Virus record (IMG/VR): IMGVR_UViG_3300009157_000018
Location: 27,462 to 91,461 of that record
Origin: a virus
DNA length: 64,000 bases
Direction: 5' to 3' (one strand)
Below, piece after piece: positions 35,931-46,720 of the stretch (its first letter is position 1; every line of letters starts with the position of its first letter). The notes below the pieces were generated by a model, which was not told the origin of the DNA, ran no database searches, and saw only the letters and a program-made list of their open reading frames with translations. Both the position numbers and the translations under genes were made by a program.

Positions 35931-36350
35931 TTATCTCAACGACTTTCCATCGACATTTTTTGCGTTTTCCCGGATTATTTTGTCCCTTCGACGTTTAATT
36001 GTCGATCCGTGGCCCATTCCACGCCAATAAGCGACTTGTTCTAGCGACGATCCCTTGACCCAATCCAAGGCTTCTCGACTCGTGTTCCCGTTCTGTTTCA
36101 ATAGCCATTTATCAAGGTCGATAATGTCTGCGTGGGCCGATCCTCCGATCGCCAAAGTCCCATGATTATTGTCTTCATAACATCTCCCAGGAACCAATAA
36201 TCGACTCCTAAAATAGGCATAAGCACTGATAATGTACCTTGTATAGTCCGACGGATTCACTTCAATCTGGCCGGTCATTTGAGCCACATAGTTGTCGTAT
36301 TCCCGACGGTCATCGATAGGAATACGGTGATCCGGTTTTCTACCAGCCAA
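35931..36350 (-). CDS. Hypothetical protein with possible C-terminal HTH (sigma region 4-like)
   Basis: GSSLEQVAYWRGMGHGSTIKRRRDKII. Confidence 0.45.
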   Translation of the reverse strand: MAGRKPDHRIPIDDRREYDNYVAQMTGQIEVNPSDYTRYIISAYAYFRSRLLVPGRCYEDNNHGTLAIGGSAHADIIDLDKWLLKQNGNTSREALDWVKGSSLEQVAYWRGMGHGSTIKRRRDKIIRENAKNVDGKSLR

Positions 36351-37971
36351 CGTCGTACTCCTCTATCCACATATCAGGCTCTTCTTGGGCGACTGTTGCC
36401 TCAGCCTGGCTCAGCAACATGGCTCCAAAAGTTTCGAATGAAGACAGATCGTGGTTGTAATGCGGATTCCCGTCGTGGCTGTAATCCGTTTCATAGATGC
36501 GATATTTCCCCGTCTTGTCTTCGTGATCGATAGTCGAACCGAGCTGCTTCCATAACTCTTCTTGACCAACGACCCGGATCGATCCGTTATACAGATTGGG
36601 GATCAGGATTTGCGGGATGGAAACTTGGCGCAGAGGCATTTCGACGGGGACAAGCTGGCGGTGTTCAGATGAATACGGTTCTTTGGTTAGGCGCTCCACA
36701 AACTCTTCGTCTGTTTCCAAGCGATCACTGAATTTGACCTTTTCGGACACATTAGCCCAAACCACCTGGTGACCGAAATTCTCGATAGCAGAGGAGACAG
36801 CTTGTCCACCTTGTCCAGTAGTGTCAAAACCGATCAGTGGGTTAATGGCGTACATGCGTTTGAGCTCGTTAGCCACAAAATGGAAGACCTCAGCCTGCTG
36901 GTCGGCCTGCATCCCATACAGAAGGAAGCGCATGTACTGACGCCAGCACTTCTCCCGAACATCGAAGAAATGAATGTATGCCGTTGTTGGCGAAGCCGTC
37001 TGCCCATAGTCCGCTGCGATGTAGATTCGATCAGCTTTCGGCATGTCCTCTCGGAAAGCAAACTGCATCGGCAAGTCGGCTTGGTCATATGTACGCGCAT
37101 CAATCGAAACGCTGTGATAATACGACGGGACTCGGCCAACTTCGCCCTCGACACGTGGCAGGTCATGGGTGATTCGCTCTAAATCGAAGGTCATGCGGGC
37201 GTCCGCACCCCACAAGCCCAGCACTTTTTGCTGGTACATATTGCTGGTTTCGCCGCCATAAGCTCGTTTCAACGACTCTAGGAACTCCGGCGTCATACGC
37301 GGGTCCTCTAATCGAGTCATGGGACCACCGGCAAAACCTTCATTGGGATCGGTGTCAATGCGATATGCCCATGAAGTTCGCACTCCATTAGGCACGCCTG
37401 AGGCAAAGACGGGGAGCCTAGCGTTAATCATGCCGTAGAACTCACCAATCGCACTATCATCTAGCAACTGACCCTCATCAAGCCACGCACAGATATTGGG
37501 GTGGACGGTGTTGAAGCCCTGACCGTCTTTACCTTGGATACGCCCTTTGATAATTGCGTTATTGGCCAAGCGAATTTCGAAGTGTTTACGGTCGATAGCC
37601 CGTTCTCCACCCTGTAACCAGAACTTCATCAGATGATTACGCTGAAATAACGATACCATCTTCTCAAAGATAGGCTGTAAGTTGGGGTCGGCCCTGGCAC
37701 CAACCAAGGCTACGCCGTCCTCCGCACCGTCATATTGCATTACCAAGGAGTTGACTTCATCCATGACGGTAATGGTCTTACCTAAGTCACGAGCCTGGAA
37801 TCGTTTCTTATGTAAATCTTCTCGGTTCACTTCATGAACTTGTTTAGGCCACCACAAGGTAAACTTCTCTCTCTCCGAGCTACGAACAAACTCGGAAAAA
37901 ATAGCAGGCGTTGATACTAAGCGGTATAACGCCCAATCCTCGTCGGTTAATGGTTCCTTGATATCGACCAT
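36340..37971 (-). CDS. terL: Terminase large subunit
   Basis: Walker A ARDLGKT, Walker B WLDE, coupling motif SGVP, RNase H-like IAADYG. Confidence 0.85.
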   Translation of the reverse strand: MVDIKEPLTDEDWALYRLVSTPAIFSEFVRSSEREKFTLWWPKQVHEVNREDLHKKRFQARDLGKTITVMDEVNSLVMQYDGAEDGVALVGARADPNLQPIFEKMVSLFQRNHLMKFWLQGGERAIDRKHFEIRLANNAIIKGRIQGKDGQGFNTVHPNICAWLDEGQLLDDSAIGEFYGMINARLPVFASGVPNGVRTSWAYRIDTDPNEGFAGGPMTRLEDPRMTPEFLESLKRAYGGETSNMYQQKVLGLWGADARMTFDLERITHDLPRVEGEVGRVPSYYHSVSIDARTYDQADLPMQFAFREDMPKADRIYIAADYGQTASPTTAYIHFFDVREKCWRQYMRFLLYGMQADQQAEVFHFVANELKRMYAINPLIGFDTTGQGGQAVSSAIENFGHQVVWANVSEKVKFSDRLETDEEFVERLTKEPYSSEHRQLVPVEMPLRQVSIPQILIPNLYNGSIRVVGQEELWKQLGSTIDHEDKTGKYRIYETDYSHDGNPHYNHDLSSFETFGAMLLSQAEATVAQEEPDMWIEEYDVGW

Positions 37972-37977
37972 ATTTCT

Positions 37978-37986
37978 ATTATAGCA
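37978..37986 (-). promoter_or_regulatory. Extended -10 (TGCTATAAT) giving a leaderless terL mRNA
   Basis: TATAAT-agaaat-ATG with no SD. Confidence 0.6.
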
Positions 37987-37987
37987 T

Positions 37988-38028
37988 ATAAATAGACTAG
38001 CCCCCCGGAAAATTCCGGGGGGCTAGTC
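37988..38028 (-). terminator. Terminator, 16-bp perfect inverted repeat
   Basis: GACTAGCCCCCCGGAA-aa-TTCCGGGGGGCTAGTC followed by TATTTAT. Confidence 0.75.
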
Positions 38029-38041
38029 GGCTTCGCCAGCG

Positions 38042-38368
38042 TTATTCTGTCTTTATCGGTGAAGGTACTCTATCTTCTAAAGGAGTATAGTAGGCATTGG
38101 GGCCTGACCCAGTAAAATCATCTGCATGTAGGAATTCTTCCTCGGTCATTCCCAAATTCTGTCTGTCACGCTCACTGAGCATTGCCCACTGTTGTCGTCT
38201 GAAGCTCAGATTCCTAATGTCTAAGCCAATATCCTGGTTTTTCTCATAGATATCAACTGGAGGACTTTGGGGGGCGACCTCTTCGCTTGGGGGTGGGGTT
38301 GTCTCCGTTGGCGGCTTCGCCTTCGGTGGTCTTCCCCGTCCTCGCTTTACTGGCTGCTGATCCACCAT
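38042..38368 (-). CDS. AT-hook-containing protein
   Basis: KRGRGRPPK. Confidence 0.6.
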   Translation of the reverse strand: MVDQQPVKRGRGRPPKAKPPTETTPPPSEEVAPQSPPVDIYEKNQDIGLDIRNLSFRRQQWAMLSERDRQNLGMTEEEFLHADDFTGSGPNAYYTPLEDRVPSPIKTE

Positions 38369-38419
38369 ATTTCTTTTCCCTCATTTCTCTAAGCCAATCT
38401 GCTTTAGCGGTTGACTTCT

Positions 38420-39172
38420 TCATTCAACTTCTACCTTTGGGTCCATACCCAAAACTCGTCTGTGTTCTCCTAGTATAACATCAACTAGGCCATCGAAGGG
38501 GACGCCCAGGTGATATTTCATCGCGTCCCGCAATTCCGATTCTGTCTTCGCGGATCGAGCCCTCTCGGGAAAATTAGCCTTAATATTATCCATGTGGTCT
38601 TTTGCTCTTCGCTTGATAGAGGTCCATTCCTCCATCTGACCAGTTACTTCTTTCTTCTTCTCCCTGGTAACACGATCAATCCCAGCTGCAGAAAGTAGTT
38701 TAGCGTGAAGTTCGACCAATTTCGAGTGGCGATCCATGAGACGGTCGCGATCTACGGTGCTGATTGCTGTATTTCTGAGCTTGGTATCAATCTCATAGAT
38801 GGAACACTCAGTATCCAAGATATGGATCAAAGAGGTCTCGTCGTTGGCGGTGTTCCACTCGTAGAGGTCGCGGTAGTTTCCTTCCTGCGCCTCTCTAAAC
38901 GACTGAATCTGCATAGACAGATCAAGACTATCCTCGGCGCGGCCGGTGAAAGCCTTCATTCGATCATCAATGATCTTATCGGCCTTCTCGTAAGCCAAAT
39001 TCCACAAGTCTTCCTCGGTCATGTCGCCAGACGCGAGTTTCTCGCGATACTGACGCATGACCTTGTACATTTTCTGATACCCCTTTGCGAGGGTATCTCT
39101 GTCTTTAGGTTCCTTGGACGGCAATATCTGCTCTTTCTTTGATCTTCCAGCCCTCAGGTATCGGCTGTTCAA
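38420..39172 (-). CDS. Helical protein, candidate terminase small subunit
   Basis: 250 aa, helical, two genes upstream of terL; positional inference only. Confidence 0.4.
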   Translation of the reverse strand: MNSRYLRAGRSKKEQILPSKEPKDRDTLAKGYQKMYKVMRQYREKLASGDMTEEDLWNLAYEKADKIIDDRMKAFTGRAEDSLDLSMQIQSFREAQEGNYRDLYEWNTANDETSLIHILDTECSIYEIDTKLRNTAISTVDRDRLMDRHSKLVELHAKLLSAAGIDRVTREKKKEVTGQMEEWTSIKRRAKDHMDNIKANFPERARSAKTESELRDAMKYHLGVPFDGLVDVILGEHRRVLGMDPKVEVE

Positions 39173-39300
39173 GCATAATTTCTACATGCTCGTCACAATA
39201 CTGACTGAAGACTTTCATCCGTTTCTTGGTTACTGTAAACCGGACAGTAGCCTTTTCTCTGCACTGTCCAAATAGATCGTAATCGCAACTAACTTTCGGT

Positions 39301-40812
39301 CTACCCAATAGTGAATTCCTCCAATGCCGCATACGATATGGGCATCTTTTCTTTTAGTATACCAGAAATGGCCTCCGCGTACACGCGAATCTCGTATTGA
39401 GCGTCTGGAGTATTTCGTAATTCCAGAAAGTGCATCCAGTTACGGAAGTTGCCCGTCACAATGAATTCAGTATACAACGAGAGCGGGAGGACCATTCTGG
39501 CCATTTCGCGCGCTACACCGTAGGCCAATAGTTTTTCATAGACTTCGAACGAATGATTATAGGCAGCATCGAGCGCCCACTGAGTGCCTTGGTGTAAATA
39601 AGCCATATCATTTGACGGAGCCATGGAGGATTGCTTGTTATTTGGGTCTTGCACTCTGGCTTGGTCGGGAATGTAGAATTCGGGCTCGAATTCCTTGTAT
39701 CGTCCGCTACGCTCGTTATAACTGTTGTGAACAATCAATCCGTTGGCAATAAAGTTGTGATGAGGAGCGGACATCTCGATATCAAATGTCTCTTCCTCTC
39801 CTACTAGATAGGGGGTCTGAACCATCTTCGAGAACATGGACCCGCCTTGGTTGCGCCTGATCGCCAACTTCTGCTCGCCATTGGACTTATGATGATGGCA
39901 ATCGCTACAGACTGGCTTTAGATTATCTCGCACAAGCGCCTTGGTAATATCCGATGCTACTGGGATTACATGGTCTAGGCCGAGAAGGGCATAGGGAAGT
40001 TCAGCGCCACATAGATAGCACCTGTCGATCTCTTGGACCAGAAAAGGCTTCTGTTGATTGGTCCATACCTGTATGCCTGATCTCAGTGATGGTGGAATCT
40101 TATCCCTACTGGTGAGAGTATTCCTAACACCGTGCCTGGCAATGTAATCACCAGTTCGCAACGACCCTGCCTTGGCCCACCCTTCCGGGGTAAGGAAGAC
40201 ATGATCTACCGAAGCCTTCACCCCATGGCCGCTTTCGGTTTCGACAAAAACCAACTCCTTTGTCCCAGATTTCCAAACCTGAGCCATCTTACTGGATTCA
40301 AGAAGTTGAGTACTTTCATTTAGCACTCGGGTCGAAAGGTTTCGGCAAGATGGTAACAGGCGGGTTCGCCCCATAGAGTCGGGTACACCTTCATGCCAAT
40401 TGCGCCAAATCTCTCTGATTGATCTCTTGTGGTTATTCTGGCCAGTTCCCAAGGAAATAAGAGTGTCGCCCGAAAGACAGAAGGTTCGGTGCCGCTGCCA
40501 CTCTCTCGCAACAAAGATCGGACATTTAACATAAAACTGGAACACGACATGTTCGAACGGACTCATATGCTTGTTCATTGCCAGGAATCGGATAAGTCGC
40601 TCGTCAGCGGCTCCTCGCCAGGCGGGAAGAGCTGCACCATTACTAATACGAGCTGCCCGGACTACGGATAGGTCCGACCCCATGGAATCGACTAATTCGA
40701 GTCTCCCCTTGTCTAAGACGCCAGTGCGCGCTTCGTATTCCGGGGTTCCCGGAACTTGCTCTAAGAGTAACCGTTCCAGAGTTGCCGGATCATGGTCTGT
40801 GGGATTGGCCAT
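39301..40812 (-). CDS. thyX: Flavin-dependent thymidylate synthase ThyX, intein-containing
   Basis: H.SPFEH, RHRTF|SYNERSGRY, AREMARMVLP, AQYEIR. Confidence 0.92.
   Translation of the reverse strand: MANPTDHDPATLERLLLEQVPGTPEYEARTGVLDKGRLELVDSMGSDLSVVRAARISNGAALPAWRGAADERLIRFLAMNKHMSPFEHVVFQFYVKCPIFVAREWQRHRTFCLSGDTLISLGTGQNNHKRSIREIWRNWHEGVPDSMGRTRLLPSCRNLSTRVLNESTQLLESSKMAQVWKSGTKELVFVETESGHGVKASVDHVFLTPEGWAKAGSLRTGDYIARHGVRNTLTSRDKIPPSLRSGIQVWTNQQKPFLVQEIDRCYLCGAELPYALLGLDHVIPVASDITKALVRDNLKPVCSDCHHHKSNGEQKLAIRRNQGGSMFSKMVQTPYLVGEEETFDIEMSAPHHNFIANGLIVHNSYNERSGRYKEFEPEFYIPDQARVQDPNNKQSSMAPSNDMAYLHQGTQWALDAAYNHSFEVYEKLLAYGVAREMARMVLPLSLYTEFIVTGNFRNWMHFLELRNTPDAQYEIRVYAEAISGILKEKMPISYAALEEFTIG
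39724..40479 (-). mobile_element. 252-aa intein with an HNH homing endonuclease
   Basis: Begins CLSGDT, block B ASVDHVF, HNH CYLC...DHVIP...NLKPVCSDCH, ends FIANGLIVHN before Ser. Confidence 0.92.
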
Positions 40813-40816
40813 CTTT

Positions 40817-41731
40817 CTACTGAATCACATCGTTCGGGCTGTTGCCGCTGGCGGTGACGTTTATCCCGCGCTGGTTGTCCATGTTGATCGTGTTGCCGCT
40901 GAAGGTGTTGCCGTTCATGGCGACACCATTGGCGTTGGAGCCGATGACGACGCCCCAGTATCCGTTCCGCATGGTGTTGCCCTCAATCAAGACGTTCGAC
41001 GGGCCGGGGTCGTGGAACAGATGAACCGCCGCTCCGGGCGTGCCGTCCATCAAGCTATTGCGAATGGTGATGTTCGCGCAACCCGAGTTGATGTAGATGT
41101 GATGGTCGGACTGGAACTGCGCCCCGTTGTCGGTCAGGGTCATGTTCTGGATCAGGATGTTCGAGGCGTTGAGCAGCAGGATCGCCGCGTCACCGCTCGT
41201 GCCCATGCCGAATCCGGTGAAGGCCAACCCGTCGATCACGACGTGGCTGTAGCCCGACACGATGATGCCGTGACTCCAGTTCGCCCCGCTGAACAGCGGG
41301 GACTCGCCAGGGTAGTTGCGGATGGTGACCGGGTTGCCAGCCACCCCGGATGACTTCCAGTTGTAGCCGCCTTGTCCGGTGTAAGTGCCACCTCGAACGA
41401 GCAGAATGTCACCCGGCCCGAGTTGAGCGCTAGCGTCGAGGATGGTTCGGCAAGGAAGCGCGAGGGTGCAGGGATTCGAGTCGCTGCCGGTCGGGGCGAT
41501 GTAGAGCGTGGTGCCTGTTGGCGGCGTGGGGGTTGGGGTAGGCGCAGGCGTAGCGGTCGGCGCCGGGGTTGGTGTAGTGGTGGGAGCGGGTGTCGGAGTC
41601 GCCGTCTGGCACTGTGGATGATTGGGTTTCCTGATGCAATCCGGTGGACGCGCCTCGCTAGGAGTAGCGAAAACCATTCCCGTAAAAAGAACGACACTTA
41701 ATAGTGACGCGGTAAGGCGTAGTTTACTCAT
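40817..41731 (-). CDS. Secreted right-handed beta-helix (pectate-lyase-like) protein with Pro/Thr linker
   Basis: Signal peptide, (TP)n linker, YIAPTGSDSNPCT...PGD, Asn-rich beta-helix repeats. Confidence 0.8.
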   Translation of the reverse strand: MSKLRLTASLLSVVLFTGMVFATPSEARPPDCIRKPNHPQCQTATPTPAPTTTPTPAPTATPAPTPTPTPPTGTTLYIAPTGSDSNPCTLALPCRTILDASAQLGPGDILLVRGGTYTGQGGYNWKSSGVAGNPVTIRNYPGESPLFSGANWSHGIIVSGYSHVVIDGLAFTGFGMGTSGDAAILLLNASNILIQNMTLTDNGAQFQSDHHIYINSGCANITIRNSLMDGTPGAAVHLFHDPGPSNVLIEGNTMRNGYWGVVIGSNANGVAMNGNTFSGNTINMDNQRGINVTASGNSPNDVIQ

Positions 41732-41951
41732 TTCAACCTCTCTGATTTCTGTTCGACACCCGGAACAGGTCGGGAAGCCTCATCGATGAGGCTCGGAAGA
41801 TGAACGTCAGCCCACTCTCGTTCGTCGCGGCTCGTTGGGAATGGCGGGACCAGTTCGCGTTCGTAGGCGTCCTGATCGCCCCGACAATGCGGACACAGAC
41901 CTTCGTAGTTAGGCAGCCCGCAACCAGGGCATGACGGCCCATCCTTGAGAC

Positions 41952-44582
41952 TCACCGTTTCCCCTTCAGCGCGGCACGGAGGGTGTTCCATGCCTCGTGC
42001 CATCTGATGAACTTATCGTCATCATCAGTGGTGAATAGCCCGTCTTTCACAACCTCATCCAGCGCCTCCGCTGCCTCCGCCACGCGCAGGAGGTAGGCGA
42101 TGTCGTCGGGACTCAGCCTGCCTTCACCGCCGACCGTTCGGGCGCGGATGGCGTCGAGCGGGATCACCGCTGCCCACCTTCGCGCTTTGCGGTCCCGCTC
42201 CTGCTTTTCCTTTCGGCAGTAGATGCAACCCGGCTCGAACTTGCGAGCCGATGCGTGCGCGGTGTGCAGTAGGTGCATCACTCCGACGGCCCACCTTCGC
42301 GCAGGAAGGCGACTAGGCGTTCGGCTTCCTCGCGGAAGGTGCCGTGCCCGTCATCTTGCGATAGGAAGGCTTCCACCTGACCTACCGCCGTGTCGTCATC
42401 GGGGAGGAGGGGCGGCTTCTGATGAATTGGCTCCTGATGTGCGTGCGGGTAGTCCAACGTGCAATACGCCAGCCAACAGCTATAGGTCACTTCCCCTCCT
42501 CCCGCAATCCTCCACGGTCCCGGTTATCTCGATCAGGTCATCGGGGTCGAACAGCAGAATCTTCATTGAGTGGTAGTACGAAGTGGGCATCAGTTTCTTG
42601 AGGTCCTTGAGATAGAACTGATGCGGCAGACGAGCGTACCCAACGGCCTTGTAGCCTCCGCCGTCGCTCACGACGACGATGCCGAGGCGTTCACCTTCCT
42701 TCGGCCGCACGGCGAGCCAATCCCCGAAATGCCCGGACTTCACGCCAACCGTCACTTCCCCTCCTCCCGCCGCAGCAGGGCGCGGGCTTCGTCCTTCCGG
42801 CGTGCAAACTCGGCTGCTCGTTCCTCGCGGGTCAGCCCCGGCATCCGGTCCACGGTCAGCCGTTTCAGCGCCTTGCGGTATTCATCGCGTTGTCTCGCAG
42901 CCTCCGCGTAGCCGTCAAGTTGGTCGGCCACTTGACGAGCGAGGGACTGGCTGATGCTCGTCGTGCCAGAGTGGTAGACCCTCTCGCGGAAGGCTGCCCG
43001 CACTTCAGCGGGCCAGAGCGCCGCCGTGAGCGGGTCAGTCATGGCTGACTTTTCTGCCACATCTCGCTCCTGAGCCAACATGTAGGCGTAGCATGCAAGG
43101 CAGACATCAGGTTCCGCAGGCTCGTAGTCGCAGTTTCCTGCGAAGTCGTACATTTGCTCGACCGACATGGCCTCTACAGCCGCGCGAGACTGAGGGTAAT
43201 CAGGGTTTTCAGGCTCGTTCCAAAGATGGACCCCGCTGCTCATCGCTCCCGCCCCGGACCCGCGAAGTAGAGTGCGACGAACATCGTCACAAACCAGCAC
43301 AGGAGCAGGATGCCTTCGCGCTCGGTCATCGCTCGGCCTCGGTCAGGCGGTCGTACTCGGCGGGATCGATGTCGAGTTCCTTCGGGTCCGTAGGCTGGTT
43401 GGGGTCCAGCCCGGTGTCGGGCAGGGCGGCGAAGAAGGCGGCAGCAAAGTCCTCGCCATGATGGTCATCGAAGTCGCAGACTTGCGACGGCCCCATCATC
43501 GCAATCAGTGCCGCCGCCGCCTGCGCCTCGGTGATGGTCTTGGTGGTCACGGTCGTACCCCGATCAGCCATAGCACGGCGGTCACGGCCAGCATGCCCGC
43601 GAATGTCCCGAACAGGATCGCGGCGATGCCCAACGCAAAGGTCACCGCTGCCCGCCTGCGCGAAGGCGCTCGATGATGGCAGCGGTGACCTTGCGCCAAT
43701 CAATCTGCCAGCCGTCGAGAGCCGAGCGATAGGTCCAGAAGTCAGTCATGTGTCCGTCCGTCGAATGCACTTGAAACATGACTTGTTCCACGACAGGAGC
43801 CAGCCGCTCTACCGCCGTGTCGTCATCGGGGAGGAGGGGCGGTGGGACATCGTTCCACGGCTCGACCATGACGAACGGGTTGGCTTCTCGGAACTGATCG
43901 AGAACGCAGACAGGATCACAGGCAGTCGTGTGGGCGTGGTAAAACTGAACGGTCACTCCCCCACCTCCCGCCGTAGATCATTCCGAAGATCAGGGTCGTC
44001 AGGCCAGTTAGATGGCGGCACGATGTACGACTCGCCCGACTTGACCGGCGTACCCTCCCGCCGCAGCAGGGCGGCGTCATGCTCCTGCCAATCCTTCTCT
44101 GTCACGTCCATCCGCTGCTTGCGAATCTCCCACACGATCGCGTGATAGATCGGATCGTTGTGGTACCGCTCTGAGTCGATGCTCTCGTCGGTGTAGCCCG
44201 CTTCGATAGCGCGGGCTAGGGCTGTACGCAAGGCATCGGGCTCTGCCGACCCTGCCGCCAGCAGGGCGCGGGCTTCGTCTAGGTCAGCACGGGCCTTTAC
44301 GCACCGATCATCGGTACAGACTTGGAACGAGTCGTGGTGCTTGCTGAACACGCCGTGCCGGTTCAGGTGCGCCATCGCGCCGCCAGTCCCGGCCAGCGAT
44401 GTCATCTTTTCCAGCGCCTTGCGGTAGGGGGCGGCTTCGTCGCCAGCCCAAGCGAGCGCAACCGTCAGCAGACGATCTCGCTCATCGAGCAACCAGCGGG
44501 TGTCTTCCCTGGACGTGGCGTAGTAGTTGCCCCAATCAGTCTCGATGCGGGCATGGCGGTTCGCGTTCGACTCGCTCATCAT
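41952..44582 (-). other. Array of small, translationally coupled hypothetical genes sharing sequence modules
   Basis: ORFs 41952-42281, 42278-42490, 42480-42755, 42752-43243, 43326-43550, 43642-43956, 43953-44582; ATGA/GTGA overlaps; GC-rich. Confidence 0.7.
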
Positions 44583-45085
44583 CAGAATTTCATCCAGTGC
44601 GGCGCTATGGGCGCTCGCATGCTCGTATCGGTCAGGACCGGATCAACCGGCCACTCCACGGTCACTGTATACAGGCCACGCGCGGGATCAAGGCCAAGTG
44701 CGGCCACCACACCAAGTTGCAGGTCAATGATCCTCACTTGGGGGGTTCCGACATAACATTGGCAGTAATCTATGACTGGAGCCACGGTGGAGAGCCCCGT
44801 AGCTTGTGCAGTGATCAGGACATACCCACAGCCCCCCGGCGTTGTGTTTCGGTAGGTCCAAGTACAAAAGGGCATAGCCACTCCGCTACCAGGTCCGTAC
44901 CAAGAAGCCGTGCCAGTAACCGGGGCAGTAGCCCCTACCGGAGTAGCAAACAGAACCAAGAGGATCAGGGCTGTTACGACAGCTTTAATTGGGTGGCTCT
45001 TCTTCTTTGGAGGGAATGAGCCAGGAGGACGATCCCCCTTTTTGGATTTCTTCCACATTGGGAAAATGCGGTTAGATTTAGTCAC
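44582..45085 (-). CDS. RlpA/expansin-like double-psi beta-barrel protein, exported
   Basis: Hydrophobic N-terminal helix, TGTASWYG, V...VID.C.C, RIIDL. Confidence 0.75.
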   Translation of the reverse strand: MTKSNRIFPMWKKSKKGDRPPGSFPPKKKSHPIKAVVTALILLVLFATPVGATAPVTGTASWYGPGSGVAMPFCTWTYRNTTPGGCGYVLITAQATGLSTVAPVIDYCQCYVGTPQVRIIDLQLGVVAALGLDPARGLYTVTVEWPVDPVLTDTSMRAPIAPHWMKF

Positions 45086-45186
45086 TTTAACTCCATGCTA
45101 TAAAAACTAGGATGCCAATGCCAACAGCGAGAAATGTAATCGTTCCAAAGATAAAGAACAGAATAAGCAATGCGATTTCAGAGGCA

Positions 45187-45450
45187 TCATTCAAAGTAAT
45201 CTTGGTACGCTCTACCTACAGGTTTCAGAAACACAACTGGTGGATGAGAATTCTCATGGCGAGTCCTCTTCCACCGTGTTGGAAACGGTTTCTCACAACG
45301 AGGACAAAGGAATACCTTTCGTAATCTAGTCGGTCTTTTCTTATCGTGTCTTCTGGCCGGACAGTAAAGCTCATGCCATCGGAACCCAACCGCAGGTTTC
45401 AGCTCGTGGCAATGTTTACAAACAAAAGGTTTATGCAAGTTGATCCTCAA
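45187..45450 (-). CDS. C2H2-like Zn-finger protein
   Basis: FVCKHC...H and FLCPRCEKPF.T...R.RHE..H. Confidence 0.6.
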   Translation of the reverse strand: MRINLHKPFVCKHCHELKPAVGFRWHELYCPARRHDKKRPTRLRKVFLCPRCEKPFPTRWKRTRHENSHPPVVFLKPVGRAYQDYFE

Positions 45451-46720
45451 TAACCATCCTCAGCCGAGTGCCCAACCACTCTGCTACCGGAGCAACTACA
45501 CCGTTGCCGCAGAGACGATACCGATGAGAATCTAATCCGTTTGGTAACAATGGGTCGTCTTCTGGTTGTGATCCTACGATTAATTCTGTAGCTCTACTAT
45601 CTCCACTATCAAAAGCATTTAAGGTGTTGAATTCTTCGTCTGGGACCCAAGTTTCAACATCTTCGCTAGTTTGAGCTCTCCTGGACTTGCGGAAGTGCGT
45701 CTGGCCTTCCAAGTTCTGGCTATTGTGTGGCCGTCCGGCCACCCCATCAGCCTCTCCGCTTCCAGCGGAGTGATCCTGCGGACCAGTTGTGATGATGACA
45801 TGTCCAACCATTGCTTCTCGTCCGCTTGGCTGGATTCCTGCATGTTTGGTTCCTGCAGTGAGTGATCCAACGGGGTCAATAAGGAGGTTGTGGAATTCGT
45901 TCCCGCTTGGTCCTGAGGTTCCACGCCACCATTTGGAGTTGACAGTTTGAGTAAGGATACCTGCCTTTCCAATACCATCCTCAAAGCGGTCGGTAGTGAC
46001 CTTCCCCTCCGGTTCGCCCTCCGTAGAATACCCTCTGCTGCTCGCGCTGTCAAATAGAACCTCAGCGGCGCGGTCGGTTCCAAGACTTCCGACAATGTAG
46101 ACTCTACGACGACGTTGGGGGACTCCGAAATAGCGTGCATCCAATATCCGGTAGGCCCACCCGTACCCGAGTTGGCCCATTTGACTGAGGAGAGCCCCAA
46201 AGTCTCGACCTGAGTTGGAGGAGAGGAGTCCCGGTACATTTTCCAAGAGAATCCAGGTTGGCTTATATCTGGCCACAAGGTCAAGGAAGGAGAAGGCGAG
46301 GACGCTCCGCTCTCCAGCGAATCCGGCTCGCTTACCTGCAATACTGAGGTCTTGGCAGGGGAATCCTCCTGACCATAATGTTGCGGATCGCCAGTCATCA
46401 CTGACCAACCCGGACGGCTCGGAAGACTCCCCGTTTCGTTCTCCCCCATCGCTGTCCCCGTGTTCAGATAATCGATAGCTATCACCAATGGGGTGTTCAA
46501 GTCCGTTGTTCTCTGCCCCGCCCCCGGCGTACCGCCTAGCAATGGTGGTGATATCTCCAAGGTTGGGAATACCCGGCCATCTTTCGGCAAGGACTGCGTT
46601 AGCGTAGGGTTCGATCTCTGAGAAAGAGACGGTTCGCCATCCGGCTTGTTCGAGTCCGAGGTCGGTTCCCCCGGCTCCTGAGAAGAATGATGCGTGCGTG
46701 AGCTCATGGACCACTGCCAT
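45431..46720 (-). CDS. DNA (cytosine-5) methyltransferase, alpha-type polypeptide lacking motif IX
   Basis: Motif I FSGAGG, IV GFPCQD, VI ENV, VIII QRRRR, X RYRLCGNGV. Confidence 0.9.
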   Translation of the reverse strand: MAVVHELTHASFFSGAGGTDLGLEQAGWRTVSFSEIEPYANAVLAERWPGIPNLGDITTIARRYAGGGAENNGLEHPIGDSYRLSEHGDSDGGERNGESSEPSGLVSDDWRSATLWSGGFPCQDLSIAGKRAGFAGERSVLAFSFLDLVARYKPTWILLENVPGLLSSNSGRDFGALLSQMGQLGYGWAYRILDARYFGVPQRRRRVYIVGSLGTDRAAEVLFDSASSRGYSTEGEPEGKVTTDRFEDGIGKAGILTQTVNSKWWRGTSGPSGNEFHNLLIDPVGSLTAGTKHAGIQPSGREAMVGHVIITTGPQDHSAGSGEADGVAGRPHNSQNLEGQTHFRKSRRAQTSEDVETWVPDEEFNTLNAFDSGDSRATELIVGSQPEDDPLLPNGLDSHRYRLCGNGVVAPVAEWLGTRLRMVIEDQLA

